DNA of 64,000 nucleotides from Thermofilaceae archaeon (GTDB taxonomy: Archaea; Thermoproteota; Thermoprotei; Thermofilales; Thermofilaceae), in assembly GCA_038861545.1 (NCBI GenBank), contig JAWCCZ010000004.1:32001-96000 (forward strand), written 5' to 3'. Shown here in pieces: positions 27,031 through 36,729 of the stretch (within the stretch, counting starts at the first letter, position 1; each line of letters begins with the position of its first letter). Under the pieces are notes generated by a model, which was not told the DNA's origin, did no database searches, and saw only the letters and a list, made by a program, of their open reading frames with translations. Both the position numbers and the translations under genes were made by a program.

Positions 27031-30000
27031 ATGGTTTTGGATACTAAATCGCTCCTTGATACTCTAGGCTACAGTTACTATAGTTACGAGGAAGAAGGGG
27101 CAGAACCAGAAAGAGTTAATGTAACCTTTGCAGATCTTTTACCAGCTTTGTCTAAAACCAGGCTGGGTAGCGAACGGTTGTATATGCATCAGCTAGAGGC
27201 TTTGAGCTCCCTAGATCAAGGGTTCAATGTAGTAATGGTTGCGGGAACTGGTAGTGGTAAAACTGAGGCATGGTTCCTGCATACCTCAAGGAAAAATGCA
27301 AAGACTCTCGCGATATACCCTACCTTAGCTCTAGCTAACGATCAAATGCAAAGGTTGAACCTATACTGCTCGCTCCTAGGCGCTGAGATGGTTCAGATAG
27401 ATGCTCCCAGTCTTCAAACTTTAGGAATCGCAAGTAAAAGAGCACTAAGAGAAAGAATAGGTAGAGCCCTTATCGTAGTAAGCAATCCGGCTTTCCTTCT
27501 TCAGGACCTAAAGAGATATGCCTCATCTTCTTCCAGAAGCTTCATCGTACCTGAGATTCACAAATTCAGTTTGCTAGTGCTTGACGAACTGGACTTTTAC
27601 AGCCCAAGGGAACTAGCATTAATAATTGGAATGTTAAGGGTATTATCAGAGTTAGGGTGGAAACCACAGGTAGCCGTGCTAACAGCCACGTTAAGTAACC
27701 CAGAAGAGATGGGAGAAGTACTTAAGGAAGTTACTAACCACAAATATGCGGTAGTTCGGGGAACGCCTTTCAGGGTCCCTAATAAATTATATGTGGTGCT
27801 CGGTAAAAACCTAGATCATTTAAGGTCCCAAATACTCGAAAAAATAGGTGACGCAGAGCAACTCCAGGTAGGTCAGGACATAAAAAAAGCGCTTCAAGAT
27901 CCTGAGGAGTTTCGAAAAAACTCATTCAAAGTGGTGGTGGCTCTTAGATCGCTCGGTATAGAAGTCGCGGCTCCTCACACGGATCCCTTAGAGATACTCG
28001 CCGGCTATGTAAACGACGACGGAGTTACCTTGGCGTTCACAAAGAGCATAGGAGCTGCCGAAGAGGTGGCGCGAAGACTTAAAATAGCTGTGGGCCAAGC
28101 CGGAGCTGCCATTGCAACCCATCACCATCTTATATCGAAAGAGGAAAGGGTAAAAGTTGAGGAGGGTGCTCGCAAAGGTCTTACTAAGATTATTTTCACA
28201 CCCCGTACTTTAGTACAAGGTATAGATATTGGAACGGTTGTACGCGTTGTTCACATAGGTTTGCCGGATGACGTGAGAGAATTTTGGCAACGAGAGGGGA
28301 GAAAAGGAAGAAGGAAAGAGATACCCTTCTCTGAAACCGTGATTATACCCTATACTAGATGGGATCATGAACTCCTTGAAAGAGGATTTAATGCTCTAAG
28401 AGAATGGTTAAGCTTACCCCTTGAGAAAACTGTGGTTAACAGGGATAACAAGTATACGATGCTTTTCACTGGCCTATTCAAAATAATCATTAATCGAACC
28501 TTAGGATTAAGGGTAAGTGAAGAGGAATTAAGGTTACTGAGTCATCTGAATCTCGCTAAGGGCGGTGAACTCACAGCTAGGGGGAAACGTACATGGCAAC
28601 GGTTAAACTTTTACGAGTTTGGACCACCATATGGTGTTAAGCGTGTAAAAATTACAGAAAACGGTTACGAATACCTGCAGGAGGCATCCCACGTAGATGT
28701 AGTCGAAAAGCTGCAACCTGGCTGCTTTGATTACACATCGGATTTCCTAGTAACTAATTTAAAAGTATCAAAGGGGAGATGGGTTACTCTTATTGAAGAA
28801 GAGCGGCCAACTTTGCATACGATATACAAGCATGAGTTCCTCGCTATGGCTTACGAGGAGTATAGGAGAGTCAAAAACAGTTGGGGCGAGGAGGGGAATT
28901 TCTGGAGAGATTATTTAAGAGGCCTTTTACGTTCAGAAGTTATCTGCACTTTACATCCCCCTACAGAAGGCTTTGGGCTATACTTAGAGATACCATACAG
29001 GGTGATCTGGATAAGCGAGGGGGAAAGAGTTAGGTCTAAAGTCGTTGATAAGAAAACTCATGTGTACCGACCTAGGCGGGCTATCGACGTCCCGTCAACA
29101 ACTATGGGGAGGTACGAAGATTACAGTTACGGTCGACTCTACGAACTAGATCCCTCAATGAATTTAGAGCTGGCAAGGCTCAGTTTAGCCCTCACTAAAA
29201 CAGTCTTACGCAAGGTCTTCTCAATAGGCTTGAAAAGGATCAGCTATGACCTCTCAGCCGTAGGAGGCAGGAAAATTCTTGTGCTTTTCGAAGACGATGC
29301 TGCAGGCCTTATAGAAAGACTTGACTGGTTGCAAGTTAAAAAAGCAGTAGAACAATATGAGCCGAGTGAGCTCGACGAAGTGTTGATCGAATCTATGGAT
29401 GATATATCGTACGCGAAACTAGTTGAAGTGGGTTTTCGTTGGGATCTAGCTAAAGTTTATGCTTTAGCAATACTTGACACTATCCTAGCCTCGGAAAAAG
29501 TGCGAGTTAACGTCAGGGGTTTGGAAATCCATGTCCCACGCCCCTCCAAGGCCCTTAAGCTACTCGCTCTAGACACCCTAGCTTTGCCCCTTACCGAAAA
29601 CGGCGATGTAATTCTTCTCTACTTAACACTTTATGACGGGGAATCCGAACACAGTTTTAAATTACTTAAGGAGTTTTACCTCGTAGATCCAAGCTCAGCT
29701 AAAGCCATCCAAACGATAGCTGATTACATCAACAAAGGTTATAAAATCCTCGTGTATAGCTCGGATCGAGTCTTTAGAGAGTTAAGTGATGCGGGGCTCA
29801 CCGGGCTAAAGGCCATGCTGACAGGGCTGAATAACGAAAGTAAGCTTCTAGATGTAGTTAATACTGTAAAACAAATCTTCAACGTTAGCCTGGGCGCTGA
29901 TGAGCTTTCCTCTTACATCGGTTTTAAAACATCAGTAACACTCGACGATGTTAGAAGAGAATACGAGGAAAGCCTTAAAAAAATACGCAATCTGCCTTAC

Positions 30001-30132
30001 TCTAAATGGATTTTCTTTACACAGTACCTGTCCAAGAAAGCGGAAAAATACCTTGAAGAAAGAACTAAACATATTTATATGCTAAACCTTGCCTTAGAAC
30101 AGTTAAAGGATAAGTATTTTGAGCAGAGTTAA
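27031..30132 (+). CDS. SF2 DEAD/DEAH helicase, Hrq1/SftH/MrfA-like, with C-terminal RNase H-like domain
   Basis: LYMHQ, GTGSGKT, YPTLALANDQ, LDELD, TAT, GIDIG, QREGRKGRR. Confidence 0.85.
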   Translation: MVLDTKSLLDTLGYSYYSYEEEGAEPERVNVTFADLLPALSKTRLGSERLYMHQLEALSSLDQGFNVVMVAGTGSGKTEAWFLHTSRKNAKTLAIYPTLALANDQMQRLNLYCSLLGAEMVQIDAPSLQTLGIASKRALRERIGRALIVVSNPAFLLQDLKRYASSSSRSFIVPEIHKFSLLVLDELDFYSPRELALIIGMLRVLSELGWKPQVAVLTATLSNPEEMGEVLKEVTNHKYAVVRGTPFRVPNKLYVVLGKNLDHLRSQILEKIGDAEQLQVGQDIKKALQDPEEFRKNSFKVVVALRSLGIEVAAPHTDPLEILAGYVNDDGVTLAFTKSIGAAEEVARRLKIAVGQAGAAIATHHHLISKEERVKVEEGARKGLTKIIFTPRTLVQGIDIGTVVRVVHIGLPDDVREFWQREGRKGRRKEIPFSETVIIPYTRWDHELLERGFNALREWLSLPLEKTVVNRDNKYTMLFTGLFKIIINRTLGLRVSEEELRLLSHLNLAKGGELTARGKRTWQRLNFYEFGPPYGVKRVKITENGYEYLQEASHVDVVEKLQPGCFDYTSDFLVTNLKVSKGRWVTLIEEERPTLHTIYKHEFLAMAYEEYRRVKNSWGEEGNFWRDYLRGLLRSEVICTLHPPTEGFGLYLEIPYRVIWISEGERVRSKVVDKKTHVYRPRRAIDVPSTTMGRYEDYSYGRLYELDPSMNLELARLSLALTKTVLRKVFSIGLKRISYDLSAVGGRKILVLFEDDAAGLIERLDWLQVKKAVEQYEPSELDEVLIESMDDISYAKLVEVGFRWDLAKVYALAILDTILASEKVRVNVRGLEIHVPRPSKALKLLALDTLALPLTENGDVILLYLTLYDGESEHSFKLLKEFYLVDPSSAKAIQTIADYINKGYKILVYSSDRVFRELSDAGLTGLKAMLTGLNNESKLLDVVNTVKQIFNVSLGADELSSYIGFKTSVTLDDVRREYEESLKKIRNLPYSKWIFFTQYLSKKAEKYLEERTKHIYMLNLALEQLKDKYFEQS

Positions 30133-30241
30133 AGCCAGCATTACTATTTATTAATAAAATGGTTAAAATAAAGTAGCGTAACTATCATGATAAAACTGTA
30201 AACACGTTATCTTTTTTAAATTAGGCTAGTTAAGTTCAGAG

Positions 30242-30796
30242 ATGAATGGAGCTGGACTAGATGATAAAAGAGGCTGGAGAGTTACAGAACTTAAACGAGA
30301 ACTCTCATCTAGACTAGTCAGCGCTGCTGTTTACCTTTTTGTGTCGACGGGATTCTATGTTTTAAGCCTGATCTTACCCGGGCTATTTGCTGGGATAAAA
30401 ATACCTGGTCTACCTTCACCGCTTTCGGACCTAGAGTGGTTACTTTGGGCTTCTCTCTTTGTCAGCTACCTATTATTCGCCACTACTGCCATTTATGAAG
30501 TATTTAAAGCCGTGGATCCTCTTTTCGAAGTACTTGCCAGACGAATTCACGGGGATGTGAAGCCGGTAAGAAGAATAGCCAGAGACCTTGCGCTTATTTT
30601 GCTTGTAGTTTTACTAGTAACCGCTATCAACCCGCTAACAACGCTTGCCGGATCAGCAGCTATAGCCCTTAGGGTAGTAGTGGGTTTAGCCACTTTCATA
30701 GTGCTGATAGTGCTTCTTTATGATATTTCCAGAACCATTTACCAGTATGTGAAAAATTACGTGGAAATACTTATCAATAAATTTTTCCCTACTTAG
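30242..30796 (+). CDS. Hypothetical 4-TM membrane protein
   Basis: Four hydrophobic segments; 4 nt before the permease gene. Confidence 0.7.
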   Translation: MNGAGLDDKRGWRVTELKRELSSRLVSAAVYLFVSTGFYVLSLILPGLFAGIKIPGLPSPLSDLEWLLWASLFVSYLLFATTAIYEVFKAVDPLFEVLARRIHGDVKPVRRIARDLALILLVVLLVTAINPLTTLAGSAAIALRVVVGLATFIVLIVLLYDISRTIYQYVKNYVEILINKFFPT

Positions 30797-30800
30797 TGAA

Positions 30801-32063
30801 ATGCTTGACCCGAGACCCTACCTACTCAGCTATGTTTTAACGATAACACTGTCGCTTAGCGGACTGTTCTCCCTATCGCTGTCGGCAATCATTGGAGCTG
30901 CTCTTACAGTTTTATTCGGCGTTAACGATAGGCTTTTCACTTTTGAGGAAGCTTTGACTTTCATCGACTTAGACTTAATAACATTGCTCATCGGTGTCAT
31001 GATAGTAGCTGAAGTTATTGATAGAAGTGGGCTTTTCAGACTACTAGCAATAAAATTAATTAAAAGAACTCAAAGTAAGCCTAAGCATTTATTGGTAATA
31101 GTACCGCTTTTTGCAGCTATAGTATCCTTACTTGTAAGCGATGAAGCTGCGTTATTGCTCTCGGCTGCGATTCTCATAAGTATTTCGAGAATCTTGGGAA
31201 TTGATCCCAAGCCTGTGGCGCTTTCGGCAGCTGTTATGGTTAACTTAGGAGGTACAGGGACGCTGATAGGTTCCATACCTAACATGGCTATAGGGCTTCG
31301 CGCAGGGCTTGATTTTATTGAATTTGCAACATATATACTCCCCTGCGAGTTCATGTTGTACGGAGTTACGTTAGCCTACCTGTTTGCCATATTCAAAGAT
31401 AAGGTGCCTTCGGAGATCGCCGTTCTCCCAGATATACGAGAGGAGGTTGATATAAGAGAAGTAGTCAAAGGTGCTTTCATTCTGGCTTTCATGCTGACAA
31501 CCCTTGTCTTCTCAAGCTTTTTAGGGTCCCCCGCTAGCGTTGCAGCGCTGGCTTCAGCCGTTCTCGCATTAGCTATCTGTGGCTACGATACAACTGAAGT
31601 TTTTCGAGAACTGGACTGGGATACCGTTTTCTTTACAGCTGCTTTTAACGTTATAGTTGAAGTCCTCAGTGAGGCCGAGGCACTTCAAGGGCTAAGTCAA
31701 TTGTTGCATACAATATCTGCAAGTGAGTGGATTGGATACTCAATGGTTACCTTGTTCATAAGCGCTATAGTAAGTATTGTAATACCTAACTTGGTCGTCG
31801 CACTAACGTTTATCCCGGTGGTTAACGGATTACAATTGCTTGATAAACGACCGGTGTGGTCGGCGCTTGTGCTAGGCGTAAACCTCCCGGGCATAACTTT
31901 ACCTACAAGCAGTTTTGTTATTGTCATGACTATTGGTGCTCTTAGGAAAGAGGGAATTCACATCGATCCATGGGAAGTCGCAAAGATTGGAATTCCTCTC
32001 ACTTTTATTTGGTTAAGCTTAGCAGCACTCTATATATTTTTGCTGTTCAGTGTGTTCTTATAA
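30801..32063 (+). CDS. ArsB/NhaD/SLC13 (ion transporter superfamily) permease
   Basis: IDLDLITLLIGVM, NLGGTGTLIGSIPN, LDWDTVFF motifs. Confidence 0.85.
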   Translation: MLDPRPYLLSYVLTITLSLSGLFSLSLSAIIGAALTVLFGVNDRLFTFEEALTFIDLDLITLLIGVMIVAEVIDRSGLFRLLAIKLIKRTQSKPKHLLVIVPLFAAIVSLLVSDEAALLLSAAILISISRILGIDPKPVALSAAVMVNLGGTGTLIGSIPNMAIGLRAGLDFIEFATYILPCEFMLYGVTLAYLFAIFKDKVPSEIAVLPDIREEVDIREVVKGAFILAFMLTTLVFSSFLGSPASVAALASAVLALAICGYDTTEVFRELDWDTVFFTAAFNVIVEVLSEAEALQGLSQLLHTISASEWIGYSMVTLFISAIVSIVIPNLVVALTFIPVVNGLQLLDKRPVWSALVLGVNLPGITLPTSSFVIVMTIGALRKEGIHIDPWEVAKIGIPLTFIWLSLAALYIFLLFSVFL

Positions 32064-32136
32064 AGCTCTTCATCCCGCAATTGCTTATTACGATGGACTT
32101 ATAACTCCTTGGCGTAAACTTATCCTAAGGATCATC

Positions 32137-32367
32137 ATGGAAAGCTTTATTGAAAAAAGATTTAAGAAGTATAAGGAAAAATGTAAAAAAGAAGAAGAAA
32201 TTGTTGAGGAAATGCTTGGATATCCACATATTACACTTAATATAAGGCTTCCAGATAATTGTGAAAATTTAGCTGATAAGTTTATTAATTTGCCCAATGA
32301 TTTAAATTTCATAAAAGAATTAGAAAAATTTATAAAAGAATATTTGATAAAAAGCAAAAATAACTAA
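32137..32367 (+). CDS. Small, very AT-rich hypothetical protein
   Basis: 76 aa ORF from ATG 32137 with strongly A/T-ending codons, unlike its neighbours. Confidence 0.5.
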   Translation: MESFIEKRFKKYKEKCKKEEEIVEEMLGYPHITLNIRLPDNCENLADKFINLPNDLNFIKELEKFIKEYLIKSKNN

Positions 32368-32435
32368 GATTTATAAACAAGCATCCACCTCCGTAAGATA
32401 GTAAGACTTTTAATATCACTTGAGGGTTAACGCTT

Positions 32436-33263
32436 ATGAGACTAGGAATTTCAACCTATTCATATTGGCATTTTAGGGGATATAAATCCCCTCTGAAAAA
32501 CTACATAAAGTGGGCCTTCGAGGATGGTTTCGATGGAGTAGAGGTACTCGTAAACCATGTCGAATCGAAAGCTAAAAGCTATTTAAAAGAGATAAAACGT
32601 TTAGCATTTAATTACGGTTTAGATATTTACGCTTTAGCTCTTCATAATAACTTCCTCAAGCCAGATCCGTTAGAGCGTGAAGCTCAAGTTAAGTATGTGA
32701 TAAACTGGTTGGATGTAGCACATGTATTGGGTGCCAGCATAGTGAGGATTAACTCGGGTCGATGGGGTACGGTTAAAAGCTTTGATGAGTTAATGGCAAG
32801 GAAGGGAGTTGAACCCCCGCTTGAAGGTTACACAGAGATGGATGCTATCGAATGGGTTGTGGACTCTATTTATTGTTGCCTCGATAAAGCTGAAGATTTG
32901 GGAATTATCCTCGGACTCGAGAACCATTGGGGATTAACAACGAAAGCTGAGACGATGCTGGAAATAGTTAAAAGGGTTGAATCGAAGTGGCTTGGCGTTA
33001 TAATGGACACAGGAAACTTTGTTCATGACACTTATACAGAGCTTGAAATGATAGCCCCCTACACGGTAATGGTCCATGCGAAAACTTACTTCGGTGAAGG
33101 TGAATGGTACTCTCTTGAGCTCGACTATAACCGTATATTTAACATGCTCGAAAAGTATAGCTTCAGAGGTTGGATATCGTTAGAGTATGAGGGTAAAGAG
33201 GATTACCGTGAGGGAGTAAGGAAGAGTTGGGAGCTACTTAGACAGTTTGTGCGAATTAACTAA
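32436..33263 (+). CDS. Sugar phosphate isomerase/epimerase (xylose isomerase-like TIM barrel)
   Basis: GFDGVE, LGLENH, MDTGN, VHAK, ISLEYE. Confidence 0.88.
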   Translation: MRLGISTYSYWHFRGYKSPLKNYIKWAFEDGFDGVEVLVNHVESKAKSYLKEIKRLAFNYGLDIYALALHNNFLKPDPLEREAQVKYVINWLDVAHVLGASIVRINSGRWGTVKSFDELMARKGVEPPLEGYTEMDAIEWVVDSIYCCLDKAEDLGIILGLENHWGLTTKAETMLEIVKRVESKWLGVIMDTGNFVHDTYTELEMIAPYTVMVHAKTYFGEGEWYSLELDYNRIFNMLEKYSFRGWISLEYEGKEDYREGVRKSWELLRQFVRIN

Positions 33264-33267
33264 CTGG

Positions 33268-34335
33268 TTATTCACTTTGCAAGGATTTGGTCGACAACGT
33301 AGTTTCACGTAAACTCTTCAGTGGTGGAGTCTTAACTGTAATCGGCGGTTTTTCGGGGACAAGTCCACCTGGTCTCCTCATTATAATAACTATTAACACT
33401 ATTCCAAGTATGATGTAAGATACATAATTTACATCAAATGGCATAGGTATTAAATGCTTCGTAAATGTAATTATCCTATCCACAAGCATGTATACTGCAG
33501 CGCCTATGGGAGGCCCCAGGGGGTTCCCGCGTCCGCCAAGCACTACCATTAACACTACCAGGAATGTTTTAGAGACTGTAAAATCATCCGGGTTTACTGA
33601 ACCTATATAGAAAGCGTAAAGAACACCAGCTAGTGCTGCCATTCCGGATCCTATTGCCATAGTCCAAGCTCTCAGCCTGGCAACGTCTTTGCCAAAAGCT
33701 TTAGCAGCTATTTCATCATCCCTTATAGCCCTAAGCGCCCGGCCGAAAGGCGAAGTAGAGAGTTTACGGTATCCTACCCAAACACATGCTGCGATGAAAG
33801 ATGATATACAAAGTTTAGCTAGTTCACGCCAAGGACTATCCAACCAAGCTAAGAAGTCGGGTACACCTGCTCCGAAAGTCCCTCCAACAAGTGGCTCATA
33901 GTTACGTGTTATGATCCTTACAAGCTCGCTAAACGCGATAAGGCTTATTGCTAAGTAGTCCTCCGGCAAACGTAGTGCAGGGTAGGAGGCTAAAATACCT
34001 AATGCCATAGCGGTAACTAAAGCTATGAGCATAGGGATAGTAAATATAATTAAGCCTATGAGCGGATTCCTGGCTATACTAGAAGACACTAATGTGGTAT
34101 AGTAGTAACTTTTCAACTTAAATTCACCTTCCCAAGTTATCCCAGCTAAGAAAGCACCTAACCTAACCGATGAAGCTCCAACAGCAAAAGCGCCAACAGC
34201 GAAGAAAGCGGCTTTCGCGAAGTTGGGTAAACCCAGCTCACCATATTCAAGCTCCATAGATGTGGCTAGTATCAAGTATATCGAGTACAAGGTACCTATA
34301 CTAAGCGCGAACATCAAGATCTCCACTTGAACCAC
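33268..34335 (-). CDS. livM: Branched-chain amino acid ABC transporter permease
   Basis: ALRLPEDYLAI, SPFGRALRAIRDDEIAA, VVLGG, RPGGL. Confidence 0.9.
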   Translation of the reverse strand: MVQVEILMFALSIGTLYSIYLILATSMELEYGELGLPNFAKAAFFAVGAFAVGASSVRLGAFLAGITWEGEFKLKSYYYTTLVSSSIARNPLIGLIIFTIPMLIALVTAMALGILASYPALRLPEDYLAISLIAFSELVRIITRNYEPLVGGTFGAGVPDFLAWLDSPWRELAKLCISSFIAACVWVGYRKLSTSPFGRALRAIRDDEIAAKAFGKDVARLRAWTMAIGSGMAALAGVLYAFYIGSVNPDDFTVSKTFLVVLMVVLGGRGNPLGPPIGAAVYMLVDRIITFTKHLIPMPFDVNYVSYIILGIVLIVIIMRRPGGLVPEKPPITVKTPPLKSLRETTLSTKSLQSE

Positions 34336-35240
34336 CTCTTCCGGTTACCTAGAAAACCGGTTAACCCCCTTGGCGACAACAACAGCGTCACTATAATGGC
34401 GGTAAAGGATACTGCAGGTCTATATGCAGTGCTTAAGCCAATGGATGATAACGAGTACGAAAAAAGGGTCTCGGAAAAACCTATCAGGTAGGCCCCCGCG
34501 ATGCTGCCACTTAAATTGCCAAGCCCCCCCACGGTTACTGATGCAAACATAGATAAGAGTAATGACCAACCAGTATCAGGTGTTACCTGAATCCGGAAAG
34601 GTAGGAAGACTCCAGCAGTAGCTGCGAGGGCTCCTGAAAGAAACCAGCTTATAGCAAACACTTTTTTCACGTTAACGCCTAAAGCTTCAGCTAGACTGGG
34701 GTTCTCTATGGCGGCCCGCATGGCTACTCCAAGGTTTGTCTTGTAAAGGAGAAAGTAAAGCGCAACCATCATAGCTGATGCAATGCAAGCTGACATTATT
34801 AACACGCCCGGCAGGATATAACCAGCAACCTGGAAATGAAAGTCTTTGAACATGAACTGTCTTGTATAAACGCCCAAGGATCTTTGCATTAAATCTGCGT
34901 ATATATGGAGTGTATATCGGATAATCATGTCGACGGCCATTGAAACTACCATTAATGTTGTAAGCTCAGCTTTACTCCTTAAGGGTTCGAACACTATCAA
35001 AAAAGCTACTAAGGAGATTAAACCACCGATAATGAAAGCAACAGGTATACAAAAGTAGGGTGTGATTCCAAGCAGAACGCTGGCTGTATAGGCAGCGTAA
35101 ACTCCAACAGTTGCAAAGTCCCCATGAGCGAAATTCGAGACTTTGCATGTAAGGAGAGCTATGCTTAGACCTACTGCTAATAGCGCTAAAAGGTTACTAT
35201 ACACTAGAGCTCCTACAAGGACATCAATCATATCTGACAC
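34314..35240 (-). CDS. livH: Branched-chain amino acid ABC transporter permease
   Basis: NFAHG, GVAMRAAIENPSLAEALGVN, VGGLG. Confidence 0.9.
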   Translation of the reverse strand: MSDMIDVLVGALVYSNLLALLAVGLSIALLTCKVSNFAHGDFATVGVYAAYTASVLLGITPYFCIPVAFIIGGLISLVAFLIVFEPLRSKAELTTLMVVSMAVDMIIRYTLHIYADLMQRSLGVYTRQFMFKDFHFQVAGYILPGVLIMSACIASAMMVALYFLLYKTNLGVAMRAAIENPSLAEALGVNVKKVFAISWFLSGALAATAGVFLPFRIQVTPDTGWSLLLSMFASVTVGGLGNLSGSIAGAYLIGFSETLFSYSLSSIGLSTAYRPAVSFTAIIVTLLLSPRGLTGFLGNRKRWFKWRS

Positions 35241-35960
35241 CTAGAGACCGAGATACATTTTAGCAAGCTCTTTATTTTCAAGTAAATCCTGGGCATTTCC
35301 GAGAAACCTAATACGACCCGACACCATGAGCAATGCCTTATCGCCAATCTCAAGTGCAGCTCTTGCGTTCTGCTCTACAAGCAATACAGATACCCCTCTA
35401 TCATCCCTTAAAGCTAAGGCTTTTTTTAATACTTGAGAAGCTAAACGAGGGGCTAGAGCTGTAGTGGGTTCATCGAACATCACAAGCGATGGATTACGAA
35501 GAAGACTCATAGCTAGAGCTACCATTTGACGCTCACCTCCGCTGAGCACCCTGACTTTTTTCTGCATAAAACCTTTAAGCTCAGGCAGAAACGAAAGCAC
35601 ATTCTCTAATCTATCTTTCAATTCTTCCTGCATGATATCGTGAGCAGCTAACGCTAAATTCTCTTGCACGGTCAAGCCCTCAAAAACATTATTCACTTGA
35701 GGAAGGTAAGCCACACCTTTCATTGAGCGCCTATAAGGTGGTAAACGTGTCAAATCCTCTCCGCGGAATAAAACTTCACCTTTGAAAACCCTACATAGCC
35801 CGAAAAGCGCTTTCAGGAGAGTACTTTTACCGCTGCCGTTTGGCCCAACAACAACGAGTATCTCTTTTTCATTAGAACTGAACGAGATCCCATTTATAAT
35901 TTCAACTTTTCCATAACCGGCACTGAGGTCGTTAACTTCTAAGAGCGACATTTTAACCAC
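35241..35960 (-). CDS. livF: Branched-chain amino acid ABC transporter ATP-binding protein
   Basis: GPNGSGKST, LSGGERQM, DEPT, LVEQN. Confidence 0.92.
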   Translation of the reverse strand: MVKMSLLEVNDLSAGYGKVEIINGISFSSNEKEILVVVGPNGSGKSTLLKALFGLCRVFKGEVLFRGEDLTRLPPYRRSMKGVAYLPQVNNVFEGLTVQENLALAAHDIMQEELKDRLENVLSFLPELKGFMQKKVRVLSGGERQMVALAMSLLRNPSLVMFDEPTTALAPRLASQVLKKALALRDDRGVSVLLVEQNARAALEIGDKALLMVSGRIRFLGNAQDLLENKELAKMYLGL

Positions 35961-36714
35961 TCAGGTAGGCTTCAATTACTGTTGGATCTTTCACTACTTT
36001 ATCGGGCGGCCCCTCCGATATAACACGACCGTGATGAAGAACATATACATAGGTAGCGTATCGAAGCGCCACATCTAACCTGTGCTCGACCATGAGGAAG
36101 GTAACCCCTAATTCATTGCGTAGGTACACTAGATGTTTCATGATCCCTTCGGCTAGAGAAGGGTTTACACCTGCAAGGGGTTCGTCGAGAAGTAGAAGTG
36201 AGGGATTACCCATAAGAGCACGTGCTAATTCAAGAAGTTTCATTTGACCCCCGCTTAACTCGTAAGCAGGGGAATCCCACATATGGTCTAAGTTTAAGAG
36301 CTCTAATAGCTTAAATGCCTTCTCAATATGCACATGCTCAGCTTTTCTCCAGCTTCTTCGCGTGAGGATTAATATAGGATTTTCAATGCCGCTCTCCCAT
36401 GGGATTAAAACGTTCTCTAGGACGCTCAACGAATAAAATAGACGAGGTATTTGAAAAGTTCTAGTTATGCCTAACTCGTACCTGCGATAGGGTGGCAGCT
36501 TGGTTATATTTTCCCCCTTGAAAAGCAGCCTTCCCGCGTCAGGTTCAAGCACTCCGCTAACTATGTTGAGTAACGTAGTTTTACCACTGCCATTAGGACC
36601 TATGAGTAGCGTTAGAGAATACCTGCTTACCTCGACAGTAACATCATCGAGAGCTCGAATTCCTCCAAAACTCTTACCTAATTTATCTGCGAGAAAAAGA
36701 GGAGGACTATTCAA
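35953..36714 (-). CDS. livG: Branched-chain amino acid ABC transporter ATP-binding protein
   Basis: GPNGSGKTT, RTFQ, LSGGQ, DEPLAGVN, VEH, VIEAYL. Confidence 0.92.
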   Translation of the reverse strand: MNSPPLFLADKLGKSFGGIRALDDVTVEVSRYSLTLLIGPNGSGKTTLLNIVSGVLEPDAGRLLFKGENITKLPPYRRYELGITRTFQIPRLFYSLSVLENVLIPWESGIENPILILTRRSWRKAEHVHIEKAFKLLELLNLDHMWDSPAYELSGGQMKLLELARALMGNPSLLLLDEPLAGVNPSLAEGIMKHLVYLRNELGVTFLMVEHRLDVALRYATYVYVLHHGRVISEGPPDKVVKDPTVIEAYLSG

Positions 36715-36729
36715 TAATTCTTCACCCGG

